From: Camelus dromedarius
Taxonomy: Eukaryota
Reading direction: 5' to 3'
Assembly (NCBI RefSeq): GCF_036321535.1
Contig: NC_087436.1
Location: 38,876,001-38,940,000, forward strand
Length of the DNA stretch: 64,000 nt
Made by a program: the position numbers and the translations under genes. Positions 40,550 through 51,246 of this stretch are shown here, piece by piece; positions within the stretch are counted from its first letter, which is position 1, and the number at the start of each line of letters is the position of its first letter. A model generated the notes under the pieces. That model had not been told where the DNA came from and searched no databases. It worked only from the letters and a program-made list of their open reading frames with translations.

Positions 40550-42194
40550 ATGGGCAAAAGGAGAAAGGCACAGAGGGAAAGGCAGACAACAGAGGCCATG
40601 AGGCAAAAGGGCTCCCGGTGAGTTCTAGGAAACAGAAACTGGATAGAAGAAAAGAGGGTGAAGAGATAGGTTCTTAGAGATGGAAATAATGAATCCGTCC
40701 AGCTGGTGAATAAAAATATAACTTGTTTACTACAGCAACGTTGGATCCTGAGTGGCCTAGGGTACATATTTCTTTAACCATCTATGAATTAAGCATCTGC
40801 TATGTGACAAGTATGACATGAGTTTTTGTAGCAAACAAGAAAAATCTATTTTGTCCCATGGAGCTTTGAATCCAGCTTAAAAGAGTAGAATCTAGAGGCT
40901 GAAGATCGACATTAAAAGTAAAAACAATTGTGATAGGCATTACAAAGAAGTAGTGTTAAGTTCTCATAGAAACACATAGTATCTTCAATTATATTTTCTG
41001 TCGGCCTGTCTTGGTTAACATGCCTGATGATATGGTCTTTCCTGAATTCTAAGAGGCCTAATGTACATTTGAGATTCTTTTCATCCTTATTTTCATCTGT
41101 AACCATACATGAAAAGGCTACTTCCTAAGGCCTACAAAATCTTCAAAGTGTAAATTGGCTCCAAATACAAAGAGCAAATTGTAAAAACTAAATAAATGTT
41201 TTATCCACAAAACAGCACTAACTTGGATGCAGTTCAATGCCACTATTACTACCACACAAGGTAACACATACAGTGTTTACAAAAAGCCAGGTACTGTTCA
41301 AAATGCTTCATAAAAATCAACTCGTATTGCTCCTCACAACAACTCTGTAAATAAGAACTAGTGATACTACTGTCATTTTACACATGAGGTAACTGAGGCA
41401 AAGAGAGGTCATGTAACTTGGCCAAAGGTCAACAGCCAGTAAGTGGCTGAACCAGGATTTGAACCCAAACTGTCTAGTTCTAGAGACTATATGTTCTAGA
41501 GTCCAAATTCAATTTTATTTCGCATGATTATGTAGGTAAATTTTCTTGCAAAGTATGATTCAACAAGTACTTTTTAAACATTTATTAGATACAGGTGCTG
41601 ATCTTGGTGTCAGAAATACAACAGTGAAGCAGACAGACCAAAAATCCCTGTTGCCAGGGAGGGGGATGCAGATAACATAAAGGAGGAAAAGGCAAAAAGG
41701 TAAAGTACATTAGATAAACGCTATGTAGAAAACAAGGCCAGGAAGAGGGATGAGATGCTAGGGGTGAGACCGTGAGTACAATTTTAAATAGGGCGGTCAG
41801 GAAAGTAACCTGAGTATGTGATGCTTGAGCAACAACCTGAGAGAAGTGGGAGGAATGAGCCATTCTAGTTATGGCTTACATGATAACAGTCAGAGTAAAA
41901 GCCCTGGGTTCTGATCTGTGGACTCATGACAGTCTTAAAACAGCCCTGGAGTTAAATTTATGGGTTTCTGGGATGTACAATACAAAGACTTTAATCAACA
42001 CATTCTATGAAAACTTGGAGTCGCTAGCTTAGGAAGAGCAGAGTAGTGCAACTGAATGAGTGTTACGAAACAAGCAACAGCTTCAAGCTTCTTCGTTTAT
42101 TTTGAGCTGGAATTTGTGCAGGATTATTTTGTGAGGTGGTAACGTTGAACAGTTTGTGAACTTTATTCCTCCCAGTTTCTAAAGTCAATATACT

Positions 42195-42960
42195 CTCTGT
42201 TTTAGTCTGCCTGGATTACCAATTGATGGGCTGTACTCTGCAGTTCTTGTGTGGAGTAGTCTATATATGTCTGTTAGGTCTCATTGGTTTACAGTATTGT
42301 GCAAGTCCTCAATTTTCTTTTCTTTTTTATTGAGGTATAGTTGATTTACAATACTATATGGTTCAGGGGTACAACACAGTGATTCACAATTTTTAAAGGC
42401 TATATACTCCACTTATATTTGTTATAAAATACTGGCTATGTGCTCTGTGTAGCACAATACATCCTTGTAACTCATTTATTTTATACACAGTAGTCTGTAC
42501 CTCTTAATCCACGACTCCCATCCTGCCCCTCCACTCTTCTCTCTTCCCTCTGGTAACCACTAGTTCATTATCTATACCTGTGAGTCTGTTTCTTTTTTGC
42601 TATATTCACTAGTTTGTTTTACTTTTTAGATTCCACATATAAGTGATATCATACAGTATTTGTCTTTCTTTGTCTGAAAATTCTCTGTTTCCTTATTGAT
42701 CTTCTGTCTAGATATTTTCCCCATTATTGAAAGTGGGGTATTAAATTTTTCAATTATTATTGTAGATCTGTCTATTTCTCCCTTCAATTCCATCTATGTC
42801 TTCTTCATATGTTTTGATTCAGGGTTTTCTTGGTTTCTGTAAACCTTTGGCTGTTTCCCAGAGATCTGACAGACTTGTTTCAGATAGTTTTGGCTTATTT
42901 TTCAATATTTCTGTGGAGGGACAGAGGCGTGGAGTTACCTACTCCACCATTTTGAATACA
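42195..42960 (-). mobile_element. Old L1 fragment interrupted by a younger L1 3' end (~42320-42677)
   Basis: Reverse L1 ORF2 N-terminal sequence flanking TTTTATTGAGGTATAGTTGATTTACAA...GATTCCACATATAAGTGATATCATACAG. Confidence 0.7.
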
Positions 42961-45259
42961 GGTCTCCCAAGGTGACTTTTCGACAGAACTCTCACCAGAG
43001 CAGGAAAAAAAATATCCAAAAATCTGTTTTCTAATGGGGTATATTTATAAATATGAATGTAAAAGCTGAGCTCTTCCAGTAGTGATTTGAAGCCTCACTC
43101 CTTGCATCTATCTCCTCTATGTTAGTCCCTAAATTTTCCCTAAGGAAACATAGAACTCCACAAACTACAGTTTGAAAAGCTGTTAGAAATGATTATAATC
43201 CCCTGATACTCATGTGCCTCGTGCCTGTGATCTGATGTTAGAAATGGTTAAATAATAATTTTGAACTAGACTACCTCTTCCTTGCTCTAACTGATTTCAA
43301 AAATCTTTCTTCCCAACTTCCCTTGTGAAAACGTACAAAGAATAAAATGATCTGTGATCCCATCTCCCAGAGTTAACTGCTGTTAACACGCTGACATTTC
43401 TCATGCTTATATAAAATAAGTGTAACAAGGGTTAATATTTTATATATAGCAGCTATCACCTTGGCATCCATTTACTCAACACAATTATTCTAGTTTGTGC
43501 CTATGTTAATATTGTCACGTCTACTCTTGGAAGCCTATTATATAACTTTATGGGAAAAAAGACATTTCATGTATTGACTAACCTTTCAATCTCAATGACT
43601 GTCCCTCTAACAGCTTTCAGTAAAACAAAATCAGGTTGATTGCTCTGCTGATTAGCACAACGAGATTTCAAGGCTGCACATTTCAACATCTTTGTCATCT
43701 ATGCCTACCAACCATATTGAAGTTGTTTTTAAACTTCAAAAAGAAGCAGAATACCTTCTTTATTTTGAAATAAAATATTTTATGAAACCCTAAAATATAA
43801 AGTAAACAAAACTGAGCTCTTATGGTTGAAGTCTGCGAGTAGATATGGGGAAGAGGGTAGGCAGTTTATTCACAGCCAGTCCTGCTCAGCCTTCCTGACA
43901 CCCAAACCATGATGCAGAAACCCAGGGCCCTGGACAGAGTGTCTGAATATCCTATGTCTGTGAGATGTCCTCAGTCAGTAATTCTATTAAATTTGATGAC
44001 TACTGCATCTCTATCTCCTGTAGCTCTTCAGACGGTGCCTTACACACAGTAGGCATTCAAAGAGTATGTACTGAAATTAAAGACAAGAAATCCAAAAAAG
44101 GGGACAGGATTAGTGTATAACCATTACTAGACTAAGAAAACCTCAGAAAGTATCCCTGCTGAGACTGGTAGACCAGTAGTGGTAGATCTTAGTTGTATCA
44201 TTACACTATTATGTTACAAAAGCGATAATGCATCAAGTATTTTTTGACCAAAATTCTATTAATGGCTGCAGAATACAACAAAATATAACTGAACAAAAAT
44301 GGAATTTCTTATACATTCAAAGTACTGTTTGAAGACTATATAAAAATATAGTCTCCCTCCTAAAGAGTATTTAATACTCTGATAGGGAAGACAGTTCACA
44401 TAAAATTGTGCTACAAAGCAAGCCAATGCACCAAAGAATATGCCAAGAAAATGTCATTGTTTTTCAAGCTGAAGGAAGAGAAATTTTGAAAAATGACCAA
44501 CAAACAGCTTCATCAACAGGTGGCTGTTAAAGAATGGTGAGGGTAACTAATACGGAAGAAAGGCCAAAGCTATCGGAACAAATGCTTCACTGCCTGGTCT
44601 TCAGAAGATAACTCTCTCCCCAGCAGGAAAGCATGACATCTGAAATAGTTGGAGATGAGTTAATCTGAACTTTATGCAATTGGTGTATCAAAAATACTAT
44701 AAACGGAGAGATCAGGGTGAACTGTAGTGAGGAAAACTTTCTGAAGTTGGTATTTGAAATGAAAAAGGACAGGTAAGATTAGGACAGGTGGGGAAGCATT
44801 ACAGTTTAGTGAGAACAACATGCACCAAAGCCCAAAGGCCAAGAGGACAGTTTCCATGAGGAAGAAGGAAGAAGGCAATCTGGATGGAGCAAAGGGTGTT
44901 TGCTGGGCACTAGGCTGGCTGAGTGGCACAGAGACAGATTAATAGTGGGGTATATGGATGGGAACTGCTAAAGGCCAAGATGAAGCTAAAAGAGAAGCTG
45001 CAACAGATAGCTATTCGTTTTGATGACTGTATAACTGTCAAAGAAAACTATCATAGGTATGTAAAGCAGTAATGACAGAAGAGAAAAAAAAAAATTGAAG
45101 TCCTGAGTCTACCGGGGTGGCATGAGATATGGACAATAAAACAGATTGCCCAGAGAATCCGACAGCTTGAATAGAATCAGAGGTGATAGGCAGAGATAAA
45201 TCCTCTGAATGGACTGTAAATGTGCACCAGTGTCAATTAAGAAGTCCAGTTTCTAATCC

Positions 45260-45730
45260 TCTACTGTAAGTTTAATGGTGAGCTCTGGGGTGGGACTGGA
45301 GACCAGCTGACCCTATCATTTGATGGAGTACTGTCCCTCAAAAGGGGGAAAATGTACCCTCCGAGGGTGCTGGGGTCTAGGGAGATTGTTTTTTAAGCTT
45401 TTCTTTCTCTACAGCCATTAGAAAGAGAAGAGTACTCACAGCAGAAAACACCAGAGTCCCTATAATCCAAAAGAATGGTTCACACAAATGTTTCCTCCTG
45501 CCAACCTAAATTTAGAAAGGAAAAAGACAAAGAGAGACTTACCATTCTCGGGTTGACTGGATACTGCAGGCAAAGATCTGGGAGACTGACTGGTAGAATT
45601 CTTCTCTTCTGCTGGCTTATGTTAGAGGTCCCAGGATCTCTCAGCAGCTGCAGCCCTGCAGGGTGAAATACCTAGTCAGTAACACCCATCCTTGTCAGCA
45701 GCTGCAGGCCAGGAAATATTCTCCTCTACC
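45260..45730 (-). mobile_element. Inverted ERV1 5' piece: U5 tip, tRNA-Ser-like PBS, leader
   Basis: Minus strand reads GGTAGAGGAGAATATTTCCTGGCCTGCA (like the LTR ends at 40549 and 48915), GC, then TGCTGACAAGGATGGG (45700-45685) and a MER4-group-like leader with a GGTAAGT donor. Left boundary approximate. Confidence 0.65.
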
Positions 45731-45759
45731 ACACTGTCCCTTGCAGCACTTCATGGAGT

Positions 45760-46560
45760 CCACAGATTTACCTCCAGCTTCAGGCTATTCCCAGTGATGG
45801 TTTCCTGCCTGTGTATTTAGTGGGTGAACTAAATGCCATTCGACTAGACATGCTGAAACCACACAGTGGTAAAGAATTTAATAACTGAGATTATTTCTCA
45901 TTTGGGTATTCCTTTATGGATTGAGTCAGACCAAGGAACTCATTTTACAGCAGAAATAAACCACCTGCTTGCAAAAATTTGGGGGTACTCGCTAAAATTT
46001 CATACCATGTAGTATGCCCAATCCTCAGAGTAAAAAGAGAACATAAAAATCTAGGCCTAAAAAAGACTTTGGGAAAAGTCTGTCAAGAGATTTGACTTAA
46101 TAGCCAGAAGAACTACCTCTGGCCCTTATAAAAATCCAGAATACTCCAAAGAAGACATGGATTAACCCCTTCCAAAACAGTATTTGGTCACATGCCTACT
46201 GGCATCCCTAAACCTTCCATTCCTGGATTCACAGAACAGTACAGGGACTCAAGTGAACAATTTGATCCTATGACGAGTTATACACAGGAACTACAGGTAA
46301 AAAGGGCAAGGCATTCACTAACTGGCAAGCTTTCCTATCACTTTTGACCAGGAGATGGGGTGTGAATCAAGGTTTTTAGAAGAAAGCACGCATTGTCACC
46401 TTGCTGGGAAGGCCCTTACAAACTGCTAACCACGTACACTGCCATTGAAATAAAGGGAGAATTCTCCTGGATTAACATGAGCCATGTCACCTTTGACCCA
46501 GATCAGCACTCCCAGGACAACTGGAAGACCATCCCTAAGGTGAACTTAAACTAAGGGTTC
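45760..46560 (+). pseudogene. Decayed retroviral integrase (pol 3' end)
   Basis: LGIPLWIESDQGTHFTAEI core at ~45900-45958, LPLALIKIQNTP, and C-terminal LSPCWEGPYKLLTT; several stops and frameshifts. Confidence 0.85.
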
Positions 46561-46803
46561 CCAGGCCCCATAAGCAGATAAAATCATGAAGTTTTCTCCA
46601 AGATCAGAGATCAAGAAACTTCACTTTCACCTATTTTCTCCCTCTAGTGGGTCTCCCTATACCCAGAGGGAAATTTTTTTTAAATCTTCCTTTTAACAAA
46701 GACTTCCTTTTCTTTAGCTATTTATTAAAAGGCTGACTGGAGATTGCTTGTCTCCATCTATTCTATTTTCCCTCTGATCCTCCACTGCAGGCTCTCTCAA
46801 ACC

Positions 46804-48340
46804 ATGTCTTCACTCTTACTAGCTCTTACTGTTTTCTCAACAGATCAAGCACAAACCAGACACCCCGCCTCTGCTAGTTTTCCAAACCTTGGCCACAACA
46901 ACTAATCAATGTGATTGCTGGCCATGTCAACATCTACATCATGCAAAAGAACCTGAAATAATTTTTGTTCTTGCCAACACGAGCCCCTGGTGGACCAACT
47001 CTGGAAATGAATGCTTGACGGGCAATGGCAGCCATGATCAAGAAAACGATGTTACTCTTCTCCTTTCAGTGAGTTAACTGGACACAGAAAAACCTCTATG
47101 GAAGCTCAAGGACTGTCCTCTGCTCAGGTAAAGATGTTAAAAGGGAATTTTTCCATTTGAATTGATAACAGGCATGGTACTGGACCTTTCCTAGGTGACA
47201 TACTAAGGTCTGATTCCATAGACAGCATCCTCAAGCCTTCCTGAAGGCATAAATGGTCTCAGCACTGACTTGTATGGTGTGGACACCTGTCAAATCACCA
47301 GGTGTTATGGCTGACTCCTAAGCCACCTTTGTGTAGCCTGGGCTAGCTCAGCTGCTCCCCTAATTAGCTGTCAAAGACCTAAGATTACATATAGGTAGAC
47401 CAAAAATTCAGACTAAGTTGATGAAGTAAAAACAAACAAACAAACAAACAAACAAGCATTACAGCTGTTAAGGCCTAACCGTAGGCCTCCTGTATCAGAT
47501 ATTTCACAACCTGTTCTGCTCCTACAGACTGACAGGAATACACAGAGGATGGAGATGTACAGATGCCAACCTGACAGGTGACAAGACACACTAAACCCCA
47601 ACTAGGACCTCACAAGTTCCAATCTGATCTTATCTTTGAATGATATTGGTGTTTTTATCTTACGTGAGATCATGTATATGACGAGTTCCTACCTGGATGG
47701 TCAGAACTATACAGACACAAACTCCTGACACCCTCTATTACGAGGTACTTCACCTTAAATGCTAGCCAAATTATACACTTGGGCTCCTTCACTCATAAAG
47801 CAGTGCCACATAAACATACTAGGTGAGATGTTATAGAAAACTGGTTTGTGTATCACAATTCTAAGTTCTTTTCAGTACTGAGATCTCTTTTTCTAGGCTT
47901 TGGAGCTTATGAGTTGGAAAAATAGTTCTCAATCTTTCCATAGTAACAGAACAAGAGTTCAACATTATTGTGCAAATATTGGAAGCCTTTTAATTAAAAG
48001 CTAATAGCTTAGCCTCTGTTGGACTCCAAAATCGCCTTGCCCTGGAGACACTGACAACCTGAGAAGGAGAAGCTTGTGAGGTCACTGGTGAAGAATGCTT
48101 TTATGTAAATCACTTGGGACAAATAGTGTCTAATCTGCACATTCTGAAGGACAAGACAGAGTCTCCATCAATGAGGTTTAGCCATTCTATTGGACTCATC
48201 TATTCCTAGAGATAGATTTATTTAATTTAATGGGATATGGGGAAATGTGCTTAGATTTGTTACTTTATGTTTACTCATCCTCATTCTAATCTATGTTCTT
48301 CTCCCCCTTTGCAGATTCCTTGCCACTCAGTTGCTAACCT
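46804..48340 (+). pseudogene. Decayed MER34-family env (HEMO/ERVMER34-1-like)
   Basis: LATTTNQCDCWPCQHLHHAKEPEIIFVLANTSPWWTNSG (CxxC at 46916-46927), SMEAQGLSSAQV..KGNFS, TRYFTLNASQI, ISD LQNRLALETLT (48024-48056), CEVTGEEC, hydrophobic TM near 48250-48300. Disrupted by stops and frameshifts. Confidence 0.85.
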
Positions 48341-48410
48341 AATTCTTCTCTCCACAGCTCCCAACTCAGCTTTTATGTGAAACTTCTAGGGAAGTTTCAG
48401 ACAGGGGAAA

Positions 48411-48915
48411 TTAAGGAGTTCAGAACGTGTCACCCCAAAATATGTCACTCTGGCATACTGATTGTTTTGAGTTAAAGGCACCTGAGAAACAGCAGGTGCA
48501 AGAAGGGCACTCTGACCTTCCTTTTTCTTACTGAAAGCAAGAGATAAAACTGCCAAGTAAAAGATGCCCTCCCTACACCGGAAGAAAACATTTTTATCGC
48601 CAGAGACGGGAAATCAGACCAAGAAATCCATACAAACAAACCTTGTTAAACTAACGTTTTTTTCCCTAGTCATTTATCCACAACTTACTACCCTTAGCCC
48701 AAACTCCTTTGTCTTAATTATTTCTTTTACTAAAAAAGATAAAAGCTTTGTGTCCTGACTTCTTCAGGTCTTCACTCTTGTGAAGGTTCCCATGTACGTG
48801 TAAAAATAAATAAAACCTGTATCTTTTTCTTCTGTTAATCTGTCTTACGTCAGTTTAATTCTCAGGCCCAGCTGGAGACCCAAAGAGGGCAGAGGAAAAT
48901 TGTTCCTCTCCTACA
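48411..48915 (+). mobile_element. MER34-type 3' LTR
   Basis: Polypurine tract AGACAGGGGAAA, then TTAAGGAGTTCAGAACGTGTCACCCCAAAATATG (MER34 start), AATAAA at ~48805, end TTCCTCTCCTACA. Confidence 0.85.
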
Positions 48916-49319
48916 GTGGTAAATCATTTTATTTCTGCTAACATTCTAATCTCACGGGGGTTCACAAGCACAAACCCTTGTATTATTCTTAAATTCATTC
49001 CTTTGAGGTATATACAAAATTCTCACGTTTTTCTCTCTAGCCTCCTCAGATGCTCATAATTATGATGTCTCTCTCTGATTACATCTGTTTCAGGGATTAA
49101 ATAAAATAACTGTAACAAGCTAGGGACAGTACAAAACGCATCAGAGCGGCCCTTTTAAATCCATGGCGTTAAGGATCCAAAAGGAATAATACAGGGATAA
49201 GGAGAGGTGACCAGGGGCAGTTCCAAAGTAGAATCCATCACCTGACCAGAATGGGACGTGACGGTAACTTCCAGTCTTGCCACAAAGCATTCCTTCTAGT
49301 GAAACCCGAACAACTATCT

Positions 49320-49760
49320 TCCCACCTGGACGCAGCAGGGCGGAGTGGGCGGGCGCGCTTCCTCCGCTTCCGGGTGGAGGCTGCGCTACGGGCCTACGGT
49401 CACGGAGACAGCGGAGCGGCGGCCGCGCCTGCGCCGTGGGAGGGGCGGCTCAAAGCCTACTTCCGGGCGGGGAGCTGCGTGTGCCTGTGCGATCGTAGTT
49501 TGCCCAGTTTCCGGCGAGGTGAACACGGAAGTGCGGGAACTGAGGCTTTCCAGCTGCTCGGATTGTGGCCCGGCGACTGGTGCAAGATGGAAAGGGGCGC
49601 GGCGGCGGCGGGAGATGGTCGGAATGGTCCCTGGGAGCGGCGAGGCTTGGGTGAAGCCGAGAGGCAGCAGCAGAACCAAGTGCGGGCTCATTCCGGGGCA
49701 AACCAGTTTCCAAAGCAGTCCTACTGGTTGGATCTCTGGCTCTTCATCCTCTTCGACCTA
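49320..49760 (+). promoter_or_regulatory. CpG island / C4orf3 housekeeping promoter
   Basis: Only CpG-dense stretch in the window; GC boxes GGGCGG; ETS/GABP cores at 49367 (CTTCCGG), 49459 (ACTTCCGG), 49508 (TTTCCGG), 49526 (CGGAAGTG). Confidence 0.85.
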
Positions 49761-49792
49761 GTGGTGTTTTTCTTCATGTATTTTTTGCCATG
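49587..49792 (+). CDS. C4orf3: C4orf3 / ARLN (another-regulin, SERCA-regulating single-pass micropeptide), exon 1; 68 aa + TG of split stop
   Basis: AAGATGG; MERGAAAAGDGRNG...PKQSYWLDLWLFILFDLVVFFFMYFLP matches the ALN transmembrane C-terminus; donor TG|GTGAGT at 49792/49793. Confidence 0.93.
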
Positions 49793-51246
49793 GTGAGTAC
49801 TCTGAATGCAGCGTTGAAGTGATAAGGGGCTTAGAAACCACCTACCCCAATTTGGGGCGGTGGGTGGGGAGAGGCAAGGAAACTGACTTCCAGAGAGTAG
49901 AGTCTGTCTAAAGTCCTATAGCTGGTGAGTGGCGGGGTCTGGTAGGTGGGGGAGTTGCAATGAAGACTAGAGAGAAAATATCCTTCCTTGGCACCTCAGT
50001 TGAGGGTGTAGAGAGAGGTATGGAGAAAACTTGGCATCATAATTTTTTATGTTTTGGAATGAAACTAACTGGATTTGAGTTTCTGCGCTACCACGAAGAA
50101 ACTGGAGATGTTATGTGGCTTCTGGGAGCTTTGTTTTCTTATTTACCATTTGGAAGCAATGGTAATCGGGTGGGGTGGGCTGCAGTGTTGATCAAATAAG
50201 ATATTAATTTATCTCAAAGCGGTTTATTTGCATGTTGCCCGGCCGCAGTAAGCGCTCAGCTAAAGCTGCTGTTACTGTACAACAATTTGAGCACAAGCGG
50301 GCCACGCAGGGTATCTCAAACAGGTCCAGAACTGAATTAACTTCTTACCCAAAGGTACTTATTTTTCAGTGGCCCATTTCAGTAAATGTTAACTTTATCC
50401 ACCCAGTTTTTCTCCCAGAATCCTGGAATTCTTTCTGATTTCCCCTCCTTTTTATACACAGTCTCACACCCCAAACCACCAATTCATAAGTCACAAAATT
50501 CTGTGGGTTCCACTTGGAAAACAATCCATGCTCTCCGTTTTCATTGCCACTCACTCCGAAAAGACAGTTTTGGCAGAGGATAAAAGAAGGGAACTTAGGG
50601 GATGGGGAGGGGGAAGCAAAACAAGGAGGACACAGGACTAAGATGATAGTAAGGGACAAGTTCAGGAGAGAAGCAGTGAGCTGGAGAAGAAGGCGCAGTG
50701 TAGCTTATTTAGTCATGAAACAGCTCTTTTGGAGTTGATTGTTTACTCACCTTAACTTCTCTCAATCATCTTGCTTATGAATTTGCCCTCCTTGATGGGG
50801 AATTATGTGTTCTTTCCTCACCCTCAGCCGCAGGTTTTGGCAAAGATATGGGCATGAGCTCATCGTATCTGAGGCCCCTTTGTCTTTGATTTTTTGGATG
50901 GTGTGGCAAATTAGAAGGTAGAAGGTTCAGTGGGACAAATGGAACAGATGCACATTTCTGTAAAACCCTCTGTCATTTGTAAAGGAAAATCTTTCCACAC
51001 ACTACTCCTGGTTTTGTTTGGTTTGGTTTTGGTAGAGACTCAAGTATGGTGATTTTTTTTTTTTAATTTGAATTTTCAGCTCTAGGTAGAAAATTGAAGC
51101 TTTGGAAGAGCCTTTTTCACTCTTATCAATATGTAAGTCATTTAAGAATAAGCGAGTGACTACACTGATCAAAATTTTTAGAAGTTGACTTAAAGAATTT
51201 GAAGAAAAAAGAGGAAACATTGTTGACAAATACTTGTTTTTTACAG

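Noticed and set aside
40020..48915. Possibility that the LTRs at 40020 and 48411 bound a single provirus
   Set aside because: The 40020 LTR has its own ATGG TSD on both sides, no PBS follows it, its internal sequence differs and the intervening DNA is MIR/L1/L2.
49277..49761. Overlapping ORFs of 73-138 aa in other frames and on the - strand at the C4orf3 island
   Set aside because: Expected in GC-rich, stop-poor DNA; no recognisable similarity.
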